The position numbers and the translations under genes were made by a program. This document shows, in pieces, positions 47,935 through 58,004 of a DNA stretch of 64,000 bases (within the stretch, counting starts at the first letter, position 1; every line of letters begins with the position of its first letter). Origin of the DNA: Dehalococcoidia bacterium (GTDB lineage: Bacteria > Chloroflexota > Dehalococcoidia > Lucifugimonadales > JAGWBF01). The notes beneath the pieces were generated by a model. The model saw only the letters and a program-made list of their open reading frames with translations, was not told the origin of the DNA and did no database searches. The DNA is taken from assembly GCA_965220375.1 (NCBI GenBank), contig OZ244824.1:200406-264405 (forward strand). Direction: 5' to 3'.

Positions 47935-48897
47935 TTGGAGAGGGATGCGATGGGGCCCTTCGATGAGCTAAGGGTGTTCTCCGGCAATGCCCACCGACAG
48001 CTTGCCGAATCGGTGTGCGATTACCTGCATATCCCCTTGGGGCAGGCTGAAGTCTTCAAGTTCAGCAATGACAACACGTTTGTCCGCATCCAAGAAAACA
48101 TCCGTCAGCGAGATGTATTCATCGTGCAGCCGACCTGCTACCCGGTTAATGACCATCTGATGGAGCTCCTGATAATGATCGATGCCGCCAAACGGGCATC
48201 GGCAGGCCGGGTGACCGCCGTCGTCCCCCACTACGGATATGCGCGCACCGACAAGAAGGACCAGCCCAGGGTGCCCATAACGGCGCGGTTGGTTGCGGAC
48301 CTGCTTTCGGCGGCTGGCTGCGATCGCCTGCTCACAATCGACTTGCACGCGGGACAGATACAAGGCTTCTTTAATATCCCCGTAGATGAGCTGACCACCC
48401 TGCCCATCCTGGCGCGCTATTTTCAAGATAAGGGTCTGGACAATTTGGTCATCGTGGCTGTGGACATCGGGATCAGCAAGCGGGCCAGGGATATGGCCGA
48501 GTTGCTTCATGCTCCCTTAGCCATCGTCGAAAAACGGCGTACCGGCAACGACGATAAGGCAGAAATGCTTAACGTGATAGGCGATGTGGAGGGGAAGGTG
48601 GCCCTCACCTTCGATGATGAGATCGACACCGCCGGGTCACTGGTAACCGCGGCGAACGCCCTGATAGACCACGGGGTAACCAAGGTCTATTCGTGCGCTA
48701 CCCATCCCGTCTTCTCGGGGAACGCCCACGATCGCATCCTTTCCAGCCCCATGGAGGAGTTGGTCGTTACCGACACCATCCCGGTGTCCGAGACCGATAG
48801 GAACGGAAAGATAACTGTCCTCTCGGTTGCTCCCTTACTGGGTGAAGCAATTCGCCGCATCCACGAGGGCCTCTCCATTGGAGAGATGTTCAAGTAG
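47935..48897 (+). CDS. prs: ribose-phosphate pyrophosphokinase
   Basis: 320 aa. Motifs: LRVFSGNAH..LA, VIPYYGYARTDKK-type (VVPHYGYARTDKK), DLHAGQIQGFF and the PRPP-binding loop TFDDEIDTAGS. Confidence 0.92.
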   Translation: MERDAMGPFDELRVFSGNAHRQLAESVCDYLHIPLGQAEVFKFSNDNTFVRIQENIRQRDVFIVQPTCYPVNDHLMELLIMIDAAKRASAGRVTAVVPHYGYARTDKKDQPRVPITARLVADLLSAAGCDRLLTIDLHAGQIQGFFNIPVDELTTLPILARYFQDKGLDNLVIVAVDIGISKRARDMAELLHAPLAIVEKRRTGNDDKAEMLNVIGDVEGKVALTFDDEIDTAGSLVTAANALIDHGVTKVYSCATHPVFSGNAHDRILSSPMEELVVTDTIPVSETDRNGKITVLSVAPLLGEAIRRIHEGLSIGEMFK

Positions 48898-48918
48898 AGA
48901 TAGAGGCAAAGCCAAGAC

Positions 48919-51543
48919 ATGGTCAACGTGTTATCGAAAATACTGGGTGATTCCACAGACCGGGCGGTCAAGAAGCTCGCACCCATAGTCAAGGAGACCA
49001 ACGAGCTTGAACCAGCCACAGAAGGGTTGAGCGATGAAGCCCTTGGCCTAAAGACCGAAGAATTTCGGGAGCGCCTGACACGGGGTGAGGAGTTGGACGA
49101 CCTCCTCCCCGAAGCCTTTGCCGTGGTGCGTGAGGCAGCCAAGCGGACCCTTGGCCAGAGGCACTACGATGTGCAGCTGATGGGCGGCATGGTCCTGCAC
49201 CAGGGTAAGGTGGCAGAGATGAAGACGGGGGAGGGCAAGACGCTGGTCGCCACCCTGCCCGTTTATCTAAATTCCCTCACCGGAAAAGGCGTGCACGTCG
49301 TAACCGTAAACGACTACCTGGCCCGCCGGGACTCATCATGGATGGGGCCCGTCTATCACAAACTGGGTCTGAAGGTCGCCTGCCTTCAGCACGAGTCGGC
49401 GCTGCTGTTCGACCCATCCTATGAAGGCACGGACCCCTCGATGAATCATCTCGTCGGGGTCTCCCGCCAGGATGCTTACGGCGCCGATGTTACATACGGC
49501 ACCAATAACGAGTTTGGCTTCGACTACCTCCGGGACAACATGGTCGTGGCGCCGGACCGCATCGTCCAGAATGGCCACAATTTCGCCATCGTGGACGAGG
49601 TGGACAACATTCTCATCGACGAAGCCCGGACCCCCCTGATAATCAGCGGGCCTGCAGAGGAGCCGGTACAGCTATACTACACCTTCGCCAAGCTGGTGCC
49701 CCGGCTCAAGGAAGACGACTACACAATTGACGACAGGACCCAGACCATTTCCCTGACCCAACCGGGAATATCCAACATGGAGCGTTGGGCCAAGGTGGGC
49801 AACTTGTACGATGCCGAGAACTACCACCTAGTCCACTTCATAGAGAACGCCCTGACCGCCCATGTCATGCGGAAGAAGGACAAGGACTATGTCGTCAGGG
49901 ATGGTGAGGTCGTAATAGTCGATGAGTTTACCGGAAGGCTCCAGTTCGGGCGTCGCTGGTCCGACGGCCTCCACCAGGCTGTGGAAGCCAAGGAGGGTGT
50001 GAAGATCCAGCGAGAGAGCATCACCTACGCTACCGTTACCCTGCAGAACTACTTCCGCATCTACGAGAAGCTGGCAGGCATGACGGGCACAGCGTTAACG
50101 GAGAGCGAAGAGTTCTACAAGATATATAACTTCGATGTCGCCGTCATTCCCACTAACAGGCCGATGGTCCGGAATGACCTTTCGGACCTGATTTTCAAGA
50201 CAGAAGAGGGCAAGTGGAGCGCCGTCGCCCAGGAGATCAAAGAGCACCAAGAGAATGGTCAACCGGTCCTGGTAGGCACCACCTCCATCGAAAAGTCAGA
50301 GAAGCTAAGCGCTATGCTTCGCCAGTCAGGGGTGCACCACAATGTGCTGAATGCTAAACAGCACGAACAGGAAGCCCAAGTAGTCGCCCAGGCAGGCAGG
50401 CCAGGGACGGTAACGGTGGCGACCAACATGGCGGGCCGGGGCACTGATATAGTCTTGGGAGGCAACCCGGACAACTTGGACATAGCCTATGAAGAGTGGA
50501 AGGCAGACCACGACCGGGTCGTCGATTTAGGGGGCCTCCACGTAATAGGCACGGAACATCACGACTCCCGTCGAATTGACAACCAGCTTAGGGGACGTTC
50601 CGGTCGTCAAGGCGACCCAGGCAGCTCCCGCTTCTACGCATCCCTCGAGGATGAAATCATGCGCAGGTTCGGCGGCGACCGGATCAAAGGTCTGATGGGG
50701 CTTGTAGGCCTGGGTGACGATATGCCTTTGGAAAACCGCATGGTCACCAAGTCCCTGGAAGGGGCGCAGGTAAAGGTTGAAGGGCATCACTTCGAGACCA
50801 GGAAACATCTGCTGGAATACGACGATGTGCTGAACAACCAGAGGCAAGTGATATACGCCAGACGGCGCGAAGCTATCATGAACGACGACCTGGAGCAGAC
50901 TATCCTGGATATGGTGCACCAGAAGGTCACCGAGCTGGTGAAATACTCCCTCCCGGGAAAAGAGCAGGATGATTGGGACACAGAGGGTTTCCTGGAGGAG
51001 TTAAGGGTCGTACTCCCGCCTCCCGCGGACATGGACAGTGAAGAAGAGCTGCTACGATTGGACAGACAGAAGATCGAGGAGAGGCTCCTGGAGCACACCG
51101 ACCACATCTACGGCGAGCGGAAGGAATCGATGGGACCGGAGAACATGAAGGCCATGGAGAAGCTCCTGATGCTGCGCTCCATTGACATGCATTGGGTCAA
51201 CCATCTCACCTCCATGAACAACCTTCGCCAGGGCATAGGGCTTCATGCCTTTGGGCAACGAGACCCCCTTGTGATGTACAAGACCGAAGGCAGTCGAATG
51301 TTCCAAGAGCTGCTCAAGCGGATTGATCGGGATGTGGTGCACAGCATCAACTACGCATCCATATCCACCAGCCCGGGGACCAGGCCTGCCAACGGCTCCA
51401 TGAAACCAAGCCCTATGCAGGCGGTGGCAGCCAGCCATCAGGGCGCCACCTCAGCCGTCGCGACGCGCAAGGTTGGCCGCAATGACCCCTGTCCCTGCGG
51501 CAGCAATAAGAAGTACAAGCGATGCCACGGCGCCAACGGCTAA
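48919..51543 (+). CDS. secA: preprotein translocase ATPase SecA
   Basis: 874 aa. Motifs: [41 protein letters not shown] and [10 protein letters not shown], with the C-terminal zinc motif [14 protein letters not shown]. Confidence 0.95.
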   Translation: MVNVLSKILGDSTDRAVKKLAPIVKETNELEPATEGLSDEALGLKTEEFRERLTRGEELDDLLPEAFAVVREAAKRTLGQRHYDVQLMGGMVLHQGKVAEMKTGEGKTLVATLPVYLNSLTGKGVHVVTVNDYLARRDSSWMGPVYHKLGLKVACLQHESALLFDPSYEGTDPSMNHLVGVSRQDAYGADVTYGTNNEFGFDYLRDNMVVAPDRIVQNGHNFAIVDEVDNILIDEARTPLIISGPAEEPVQLYYTFAKLVPRLKEDDYTIDDRTQTISLTQPGISNMERWAKVGNLYDAENYHLVHFIENALTAHVMRKKDKDYVVRDGEVVIVDEFTGRLQFGRRWSDGLHQAVEAKEGVKIQRESITYATVTLQNYFRIYEKLAGMTGTALTESEEFYKIYNFDVAVIPTNRPMVRNDLSDLIFKTEEGKWSAVAQEIKEHQENGQPVLVGTTSIEKSEKLSAMLRQSGVHHNVLNAKQHEQEAQVVAQAGRPGTVTVATNMAGRGTDIVLGGNPDNLDIAYEEWKADHDRVVDLGGLHVIGTEHHDSRRIDNQLRGRSGRQGDPGSSRFYASLEDEIMRRFGGDRIKGLMGLVGLGDDMPLENRMVTKSLEGAQVKVEGHHFETRKHLLEYDDVLNNQRQVIYARRREAIMNDDLEQTILDMVHQKVTELVKYSLPGKEQDDWDTEGFLEELRVVLPPPADMDSEEELLRLDRQKIEERLLEHTDHIYGERKESMGPENMKAMEKLLMLRSIDMHWVNHLTSMNNLRQGIGLHAFGQRDPLVMYKTEGSRMFQELLKRIDRDVVHSINYASISTSPGTRPANGSMKPSPMQAVAASHQGATSAVATRKVGRNDPCPCGSNKKYKRCHGANG

Positions 51544-51579
51544 CCGCAGCCCGATACTACCGCCCAATTTTGAAATAGC

Positions 51580-52080
51580 ATGCCAACCAGCAACGAAGAG
51601 ATCGCCCAGGTATTCGAAGACATGGCCTCCCTCCTGGAGTTCAAGGGAGATGCTGGGTTCAAGGTCACGACATACCGGAGGGCGGCCCGCACCATAGACC
51701 ATCTCCCCTACTCGCTGTCCCAAGCGCTTAACGACGGGATGGACCTGAAGACTATCCCCGGAATCGGAGATGCAATCAGCAACAAGGTAAAGGAGTTCAT
51801 CTCTACCAACCAAGTCCAAGCTTTGGAACGGCTGAAAGGTGAACTTCCCGAAGGGATTCTCGACCTGATGAGCTTGCCGGGAATCGGCCCCAGGACCGCT
51901 TCTGTGATCGTTAGAGAACTGGGCATCACCGGCTTGGAGGATATGGAGAGGGCCGCCTTGGATGGGTCCCTGGCCGCGCTGCCCCGGATGGGTGAGAAGA
52001 GCGTCGATACCATACTGGGATTCATAAGGACCCATCGCGGCAGGGAACAGTCCGCCGGCGTTCACCGGGAGGTCCAGTAG
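51580..52080 (+). CDS. stand-alone helix-hairpin-helix protein equivalent to the N-terminal 8-kDa plus fingers region of family X DNA polymerases
   Basis: 166 aa. EIAQVFEDMASLLEFKGDAGFKVTTYRRAARTI, IPGIGDAISNKVKEF and LPGIGPRTASVIVRELGIT match the PolX N-terminal architecture. The ORF stops before any palm or PHP domain. Confidence 0.65.
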   Translation: MPTSNEEIAQVFEDMASLLEFKGDAGFKVTTYRRAARTIDHLPYSLSQALNDGMDLKTIPGIGDAISNKVKEFISTNQVQALERLKGELPEGILDLMSLPGIGPRTASVIVRELGITGLEDMERAALDGSLAALPRMGEKSVDTILGFIRTHRGREQSAGVHREVQ

Positions 52081-52089
52081 GCAGGCATT

Positions 52090-52824
52090 ATGTCAAGTAA
52101 CTTGACAATCAAGACACAACACCTTCCCGAGGCGGACACAAGGTCTATCAGCAGCCCTTCAAGCGTGGAAGCCCCCGCTATAGCCCATCTCAAGGAGCGG
52201 ATTCGGGCGGGCCACGGCTGGTGCGAAGCCCTGCTGGAAGCTGTCGGTATGTGGACCCTGGCTGAAGAAGACTACAACGGGCGCAGCTACTCTTACCTGC
52301 TGCTGGGGGAAGCCTTCGATTGGCTTCTGCTTGCCGAGAGGCTGTGCGGTGAGGCCGACGGAGAAATTCCCCAAGCGGCGAAGGAAGAGCTCCTATTCCA
52401 TGGGAAGCTTCCGGAATTCTTCACCGCCGAGAGGTTTCGCGCCCTCATAGGACACGGCAAGCACCGCGCCTTCCTCAACTACTGGTACGGCGTGGTGATA
52501 GAAGAAGCCCTGCAGCTCAAGACGGAAGAGGAGCTGCGGAAGCAGCACCACGCCCGCGGATTTCCCGATACCGACGACCTGACCAATGAGGTCTATGCCA
52601 AGTTGTACGAGGGCACCCCCGACGAGCTATTCAAGGAATTCCTGAGGGAAACTGGCAAGAAACGCAGAGCTTCGCGCTCCCTGAGCGACCTCAAGGAATT
52701 CACCTACTGGCTCTTCAAGCGCAGAGTGCATATCTGGGACCCGGCCAGGGTCGCCAGCGATACGAGGAAGGGGCTCGAAAGGCTGGGTGAATTGCGCTCT
52801 TCGGACCGTTACCTGGGCAGTTAG
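52090..52824 (+). CDS. hypothetical protein
   Basis: 244 aa, 10 nt downstream of the HhH gene. Codon usage looks native. No family recognised. Confidence 0.5.
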   Translation: MSSNLTIKTQHLPEADTRSISSPSSVEAPAIAHLKERIRAGHGWCEALLEAVGMWTLAEEDYNGRSYSYLLLGEAFDWLLLAERLCGEADGEIPQAAKEELLFHGKLPEFFTAERFRALIGHGKHRAFLNYWYGVVIEEALQLKTEEELRKQHHARGFPDTDDLTNEVYAKLYEGTPDELFKEFLRETGKKRRASRSLSDLKEFTYWLFKRRVHIWDPARVASDTRKGLERLGELRSSDRYLGS

Positions 52825-52845
52825 AGTCGAGGCGCCACAAAGCCA

Positions 52846-55605
52846 CTAAGAGGGCATCTGGACCAGCACCTGCTGAAGGCGCTCCCGGCGCTCCTCCATG
52901 GTTCGCTCCCGCTCCCGCTCCCGCTCCACCACCTCTTCCGGGGCCCGGCTACTAAACTTCCCGTCAGCCAGCAGCTTGCGCACCCTCTCCAAGGCTTCCG
53001 AGGTTTCCTGGAGCTCTCCCTGTAGCCGTTCCCGCTCCGCGGATATGTCCACAACACCGGCCAAGGGCACCTTTACCACGATCTGTCCGACCACCATGGT
53101 CATCGACTGGTCTGCCGACTCCTGTTTCCCATCGTCTGCGCCGGAGATGGTCAGCGGGGCTGCCATCGCCAGCGCTTCCATCATCGCGGACTCTTCCTTC
53201 AATGGCCCTCCCATTGAGCTGGTCGCCAGTGTTGCAGGCAGCTTCTGCCCAGGGGCGATGCGAAGCTGGGCGCGGGCATTGCGAATCGCCCGGACCACCT
53301 GGATGATTTCCTGCATCTCGCTGTCGGCGCCTGCATCAACCCTGGTCTCATCGAAGCTGGGATAAGGTGCAACCATGATCGACTTGGGCGGGCCATCCCG
53401 TTCCGGAAGCCTGCTGACCAGGTTTTGCCAGATCTCCTCGGTGATGTAGGGCATAAAGGGATGGAGCAGCCTGAGGGTCCGCTCAAGCACATGGGCAAGC
53501 ACCTTCAGGGGGGACTGGTCCCCCGAACGGAAGCGCACCTTGGCCATTTCGATATACCAATCGCAGTAGTCACCCCACAAGAACTCGTAAATCGAGCGCT
53601 GAGCTTCACCCAGCTCGTACTCCCCCATGAACCGGTTCACAGTTCGGCTGAGAAGGGAGAGTCGGTGAAGTATCCACCTGTCCTGGCGGCTCATGTCGGA
53701 GGACGGCTCCAGGTTGGCCCATCCACCCAGCAACGAAGGGTCTGCATTGTTAAAGTTGGAGAGGACAAAGCGGGAAGCATTCCATAGCTTGTTGGCAAAA
53801 TTGCGACTGGACTCCAGCTTGGATTCTCCCACGCGCAGGTCGTTGCCAGGCGCTGTGCCGGTGGTCAAAGCAAAGCGCAAGGCGTCGGTACCGAACTCAT
53901 CGATCAGCTGAAGGGGGTCGAGAACGTTTCCCTTGGTCTTGCTCATCTTGACCCCTTCCGCATCGCGGATCAGGCCATGCAGAAAGACGGTGTGGAAAGG
54001 CTCCCGCCCAGTGTTCTCCAGTCCCATCATGATCATGCGGGCTACCCAGAAGAACAGGATGTCATAGCCCGTCTCCATGACGAAGGAGCTGTGACCGGAC
54101 TCCTCAGGATCAAAGTCGTCACCCGGGTAGAAATGGGAAAAGTCGCCGCTCTTCTCCGGCCAACCCAAGGTGGAGTGGGGCCACAAGGCCGAGCTGAACC
54201 AGGTATCCAGCACATCGGGGTCCTGCCACAGGTCACCGGAGTTGCAATGGGAACATGCGACCACTTCATCGACCGAAGCGGTACTTCCATCGCAGGAGCG
54301 GCAGTACCACACAGGAATGCGATGTCCCCACCAAAGCTGGCGACTTACACACCAGTCCCGGATGTTCTCCAGCCAGTTCTTGTACACGTTGGAGAACCGA
54401 TCTGGAACGATGCGGATACGCCCCTCGGCAACAGACCGGTATGCCCGACCCGCGATGGACTCAGGGTCATCGTAGCGTCCCACATCCATGAACCACTGTG
54501 TGCTTACCAGGGGCTCCACCACCGTCTTGCATCGCTGGCAGTGGCCCACCGAATGGCGGTACGCCTCGACCTCCTCCAGGTATCCCTCATCCTGAAGCTG
54601 CTGGACGACCTCGGCACGGCACTGGAACCGCTCCATCCCCGCGTACCTTCCTGCCTCTTCGCTCATGGCGCCATCCTGCGCGATCACGGTGATGACGGGA
54701 AGGTTGTGGCTTCTGCCGATCTCGAAGTCCGTCGCATCGTGGCCGGGCGTAACCTTGAGGGCCCCGGTGCCAAACTGGGGATCGATCACGCCATCGGCGA
54801 CCACGGGTATCTCCCTGTTCATGATCGGCAGGGTGACCATCTGTCTCACGTGGGAGCTGTAGCGGTCATCATCCGGGTTCACCGCGACGCCGGTATCTCC
54901 CAGCATGGTTTCCGGGCGGGTTGTAGCGACCACGATGTGTCCTCCCCCGGACACCAAGGGGTAGCGGATGAAATAGAGGGCGCCCTCCTGCTCGACGTGC
55001 TCCACTTCCAGGTCCGAGAGGGCTGTGGAACACCTGGGGCACCAGTTGATTATCCGTTCACCTCGATAGACCAACCCCTTATCGTACAGGTCCACAAAGG
55101 TTGTACGTACGGCGAGGCTTGGCCCGGGGTCCAGGGTGAAGCTCAGGCGCGACCAGTCGCAGGATGCTCCCAACCTCTTGTGCTGTTCGTCGATGGTGTT
55201 CCCGTAACGCCTCACCCACTCCCACACCTGCTCGACGAAAGCTTCCCTGCCAAGCTCCTGGCGGCTGGTCCCCTGCTTGGTGAGCTGCTGCTCCACGACC
55301 CACTGGGTAGCAATTCCCGCATGGTCCTTTCCGGGAAGCCAGAGAGTTGCATCCCCCAGCATTCGATGCCAGCGGCAGAGGATGTCTTCTATAGATGCTG
55401 TGAGGGCATGCCCCAGGTGCAGCTCCCCGGTAACGTTGGGAGGGGGCATAATTACCACAAAGGGCTTCTTGTCGGGGTCGGCCTCCGGGGTAAAGTAACC
55501 CCCGTCCATCCAGAAGCTGTAGATGCGCCCCTCAACCTCCTTGGGAACGTAGGCCTTGGGCATCTCGTTGATTGCTGGTGTGGTCATCCCTTCATCCCCA
55601 CTCAT
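52846..55605 (-). CDS. valS: valine--tRNA ligase
   Basis: 919 aa. HIGH motif (PNVTGELHLGHAL), KMSKS (VKMSKTKGN), an editing domain and a C-terminal coiled coil. Confidence 0.95.
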   Translation of the reverse strand: MSGDEGMTTPAINEMPKAYVPKEVEGRIYSFWMDGGYFTPEADPDKKPFVVIMPPPNVTGELHLGHALTASIEDILCRWHRMLGDATLWLPGKDHAGIATQWVVEQQLTKQGTSRQELGREAFVEQVWEWVRRYGNTIDEQHKRLGASCDWSRLSFTLDPGPSLAVRTTFVDLYDKGLVYRGERIINWCPRCSTALSDLEVEHVEQEGALYFIRYPLVSGGGHIVVATTRPETMLGDTGVAVNPDDDRYSSHVRQMVTLPIMNREIPVVADGVIDPQFGTGALKVTPGHDATDFEIGRSHNLPVITVIAQDGAMSEEAGRYAGMERFQCRAEVVQQLQDEGYLEEVEAYRHSVGHCQRCKTVVEPLVSTQWFMDVGRYDDPESIAGRAYRSVAEGRIRIVPDRFSNVYKNWLENIRDWCVSRQLWWGHRIPVWYCRSCDGSTASVDEVVACSHCNSGDLWQDPDVLDTWFSSALWPHSTLGWPEKSGDFSHFYPGDDFDPEESGHSSFVMETGYDILFFWVARMIMMGLENTGREPFHTVFLHGLIRDAEGVKMSKTKGNVLDPLQLIDEFGTDALRFALTTGTAPGNDLRVGESKLESSRNFANKLWNASRFVLSNFNNADPSLLGGWANLEPSSDMSRQDRWILHRLSLLSRTVNRFMGEYELGEAQRSIYEFLWGDYCDWYIEMAKVRFRSGDQSPLKVLAHVLERTLRLLHPFMPYITEEIWQNLVSRLPERDGPPKSIMVAPYPSFDETRVDAGADSEMQEIIQVVRAIRNARAQLRIAPGQKLPATLATSSMGGPLKEESAMMEALAMAAPLTISGADDGKQESADQSMTMVVGQIVVKVPLAGVVDISAERERLQGELQETSEALERVRKLLADGKFSSRAPEEVVERERERERTMEERRERLQQVLVQMPS

Positions 55606-55632
55606 CCCTAGTCCAGTCGAGCCAAGCTGCCA

Positions 55633-55959
55633 TCAGGCCAGGGGAATGGAGATAAACACGCGGGGTTCGTCTCCGATGGCTGCAGTGGTGTGGCCTTTGC
55701 CCGTCAGGTCCTCCACCATGTTCACGTCCCCGGGGCCGAACTGCTGCCGTGTCCCGTTTGTGGAAACCAGCTCCCCCATGCCCGACAGGGTGATGTGGAA
55801 CTGCCGGCGGGGCGCCGGGTGCAGCTCCACGAAATGCCCAGGCTCCCAGTGGGTGATGCTGATGGTGCCATTGGGGTCAACCTTTACCGGACCAGCGGGC
55901 GCTTCGATGGGTTCGAAATGGGTCTCGCCATCAACTCCAGTGTATGTCCTGTAGAACAT
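55633..55959 (-). CDS. small cupin-like beta-barrel protein (paralog 1)
   Basis: From the internal Met: MFYRTYTGVDGETHFE.. The motif block HPAPRRQFHITLSG..FGPGDV..EDLTGKGHTT is shared with the neighbouring paralog. Confidence 0.55.
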   Translation of the reverse strand: MFYRTYTGVDGETHFEPIEAPAGPVKVDPNGTISITHWEPGHFVELHPAPRRQFHITLSGMGELVSTNGTRQQFGPGDVNMVEDLTGKGHTTAAIGDEPRVFISIPLA

Positions 55960-56051
55960 GCCCGTACCTCCCTCATTCAAGCAAAGGTCGTCGCTCCGGT
56001 TCGCTGTGCCGGAACGCCAATCGAATTCCCTCGCAAAGCGCAGGCCTTAGG

Positions 56052-56387
56052 TCAGTCCAGAGGAATCGCTACAGATACGCGCGGGACATCCCCCACGACT
56101 CGTGTTGTATGTCCCTTTCCCGTGAGGTCGTCAGCCAGCATAACGTCGCCTGGACCAAACCTGTGAATCGACCCATCTCCCAGGCCAATCTCCACCTCGC
56201 CCTGTAGAGTGATGACGTACTGGCGGCGGGGCGCGGGATGGAAATCTATGAAGTAGCCTGACTCGGATTTCCTGAAGGTGACCCCAGTGGCTGGCTGAAG
56301 CACCGGTCCGTCCACTTGGCCGAAGGGAGCCTCCAGGTCCTCGAGATGGGACTGTCCGTCGTCGCCGGAATACAGCCTTTTGAACAT
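56052..56387 (-). CDS. small cupin-like beta-barrel protein (paralog 2)
   Basis: 111 aa. It begins MFKRLYSGDDGQSHLE.. and has HPAPRRQYVITLQG..FGPGDV..DDLTGKGHTT. It is clearly homologous to 55633-55959. Confidence 0.55.
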   Translation of the reverse strand: MFKRLYSGDDGQSHLEDLEAPFGQVDGPVLQPATGVTFRKSESGYFIDFHPAPRRQYVITLQGEVEIGLGDGSIHRFGPGDVMLADDLTGKGHTTRVVGDVPRVSVAIPLD

Positions 56388-56404
56388 GTGTGCCCTCCAG
56401 TTAG

Positions 56405-57847
56405 CTAGCAGGCAGGCCTGCTAAGTATGTCTCCAGAGATCTTTCGGGGGATCAGCCGGCCGTCGCCGAGGGACGCGAAGAACTGGCCGTTCTCAACAAC
56501 CACCTTCCCCCGCAATATGGTGGTAACCGGCCACCCCTTCACTTGCCAGCCCTCCCAGATGCTGTAATCGCCGATGTGCAGGTCGCTCATGGACAGGGGC
56601 TTTGAGAAGTCCGGGTCTATGAGAACTATGTCGGCATCGCTCCCTGTGGCTATTGCGCCTTTCCGGGGATAGTATCCCATGATCTTGGCTGCGTTGGCTG
56701 ATGTAACATCGACGAACCGCTCCGGGGACATTCCCTGCTTGGACACACCTTCGCTGAAAGTGATCCCCATCCTGGTTTCGGCGCCGTTGTGTCCGCCCGT
56801 GATGTCGTGGGTGGTCCGACCGGCAATCTTGGTAGCAAAGTCGGTGCAGTACTCATCGGTTGCCATGCTGTTGATGCCGCCCTTGATAAGTCCCTCCCAC
56901 AGGGCCTGACGGTCTTCTTCTGACTTCAGGGACGGGTAGGTGTGGTACTTCATGCCGTCGGGCTCTTTGTAGTCCTCGGCGTTGAAGCTGGCGTAGTTGT
57001 GGAGGGTCTCTCCATACACGGGCATCCCCTTGCCCCGGGCCTCACGAACTGCGTGCAGTCCCTCCTTTGCGCTGATGTGGACGAAATAGACCGCTGCTTC
57101 TGTCCACTCGGCCACCCTGAGCACCCGCCGGAAGGACACATCCTCAGACATGTTGTTGTGAATCTCGTGGATGTTGAACCACTCGGTGCGCTCCTCTTCG
57201 GCGAGCTTCTTGTACATGTACTGGACGATATCATCATCTTCCGAGTGGACGAACATCAGCCCGCTGTTGGCCGCAACCTGCTCCATTATGCCCGACAGGT
57301 GGCCCATCCCAACAAGGCGCCCCTCCCCTGGGGGAATGTTCTCTTGGGGGCGGATGTTGGTAGTGAATATCTTGAAGGTGGGAAATCCTCTTTGTATGGC
57401 CTCGGGAATCTGCTCCATTACCCGGGTTGGCACTTCCCCCAGGAGCATACAGTGGTGGGAGTAGTCGCAGTAGGAGTTGCCTCTCCAGCGGCCGGTGCGT
57501 TCGTCGATAGCCTGGAAGATGTCGACGTCTCCCATCTGGATGGCGAAATCGGTCAGGGTGGTGGTCCCGCCGAAGAGTGCAGACCTGCTCACAGCTTCGG
57601 GAGGCGCGGTGAACTTGCCCGGCTGCCCGGCAATGGGAGCGGCGATATGGGCGTGAGGTTCTATACCCCCGGGGACCACAATCTTTCCGGCGGCATCCAT
57701 TATCCTGGCGGCATCGGAGGGCAGGGCGCCTTCAAGGGCTACCGCGACGATTTTCTCGCCCTGCACCGCCACATCCCAGTTGCCGACACCCCAGGGTGTT
57801 ACCACCTGTCCGCCCCTAATGATCAGGTCAAGCATCGGGCACCTCAC
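56405..57847 (-). CDS. D-hydantoinase / dihydropyrimidinase-type cyclic amidohydrolase
   Basis: 480 aa. Motifs: DLIIRGGQVV, GGIEPHAHI (HxH), the carboxylated-Lys context FPTFKIFT, VHSEDDD, ATDEY and GSDADIVLIDP. The start may be the Met 4 codons downstream. Confidence 0.8.
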   Translation of the reverse strand: MRCPMLDLIIRGGQVVTPWGVGNWDVAVQGEKIVAVALEGALPSDAARIMDAAGKIVVPGGIEPHAHIAAPIAGQPGKFTAPPEAVSRSALFGGTTTLTDFAIQMGDVDIFQAIDERTGRWRGNSYCDYSHHCMLLGEVPTRVMEQIPEAIQRGFPTFKIFTTNIRPQENIPPGEGRLVGMGHLSGIMEQVAANSGLMFVHSEDDDIVQYMYKKLAEEERTEWFNIHEIHNNMSEDVSFRRVLRVAEWTEAAVYFVHISAKEGLHAVREARGKGMPVYGETLHNYASFNAEDYKEPDGMKYHTYPSLKSEEDRQALWEGLIKGGINSMATDEYCTDFATKIAGRTTHDITGGHNGAETRMGITFSEGVSKQGMSPERFVDVTSANAAKIMGYYPRKGAIATGSDADIVLIDPDFSKPLSMSDLHIGDYSIWEGWQVKGWPVTTILRGKVVVENGQFFASLGDGRLIPRKISGDILSRPAC

Positions 57848-58004
57848 GGGCCTTATGATCAGCTAGTGTAGCATAAGGCAACGGCGCAGTGCACCAGCAG
57901 CTTTACCTTGGGCGGCAACCCATCAGCCAGCTTGCCTGTAGTCACCCTCAAGGGTAGAATAGGCTCCAGCGTTTCACGATGGGATGCTAGCGGGAGGTGC
58001 GCCG

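Noticed and set aside
55606-55632. T-box leader upstream of valS and cobalamin riboswitch upstream of the B12-radical SAM gene (1074-1275).
   Set aside because: The valS upstream gap is only 27 nt. The 1074-1275 spacer lacks anything resembling the B12-box and is dominated by simple palindromes.
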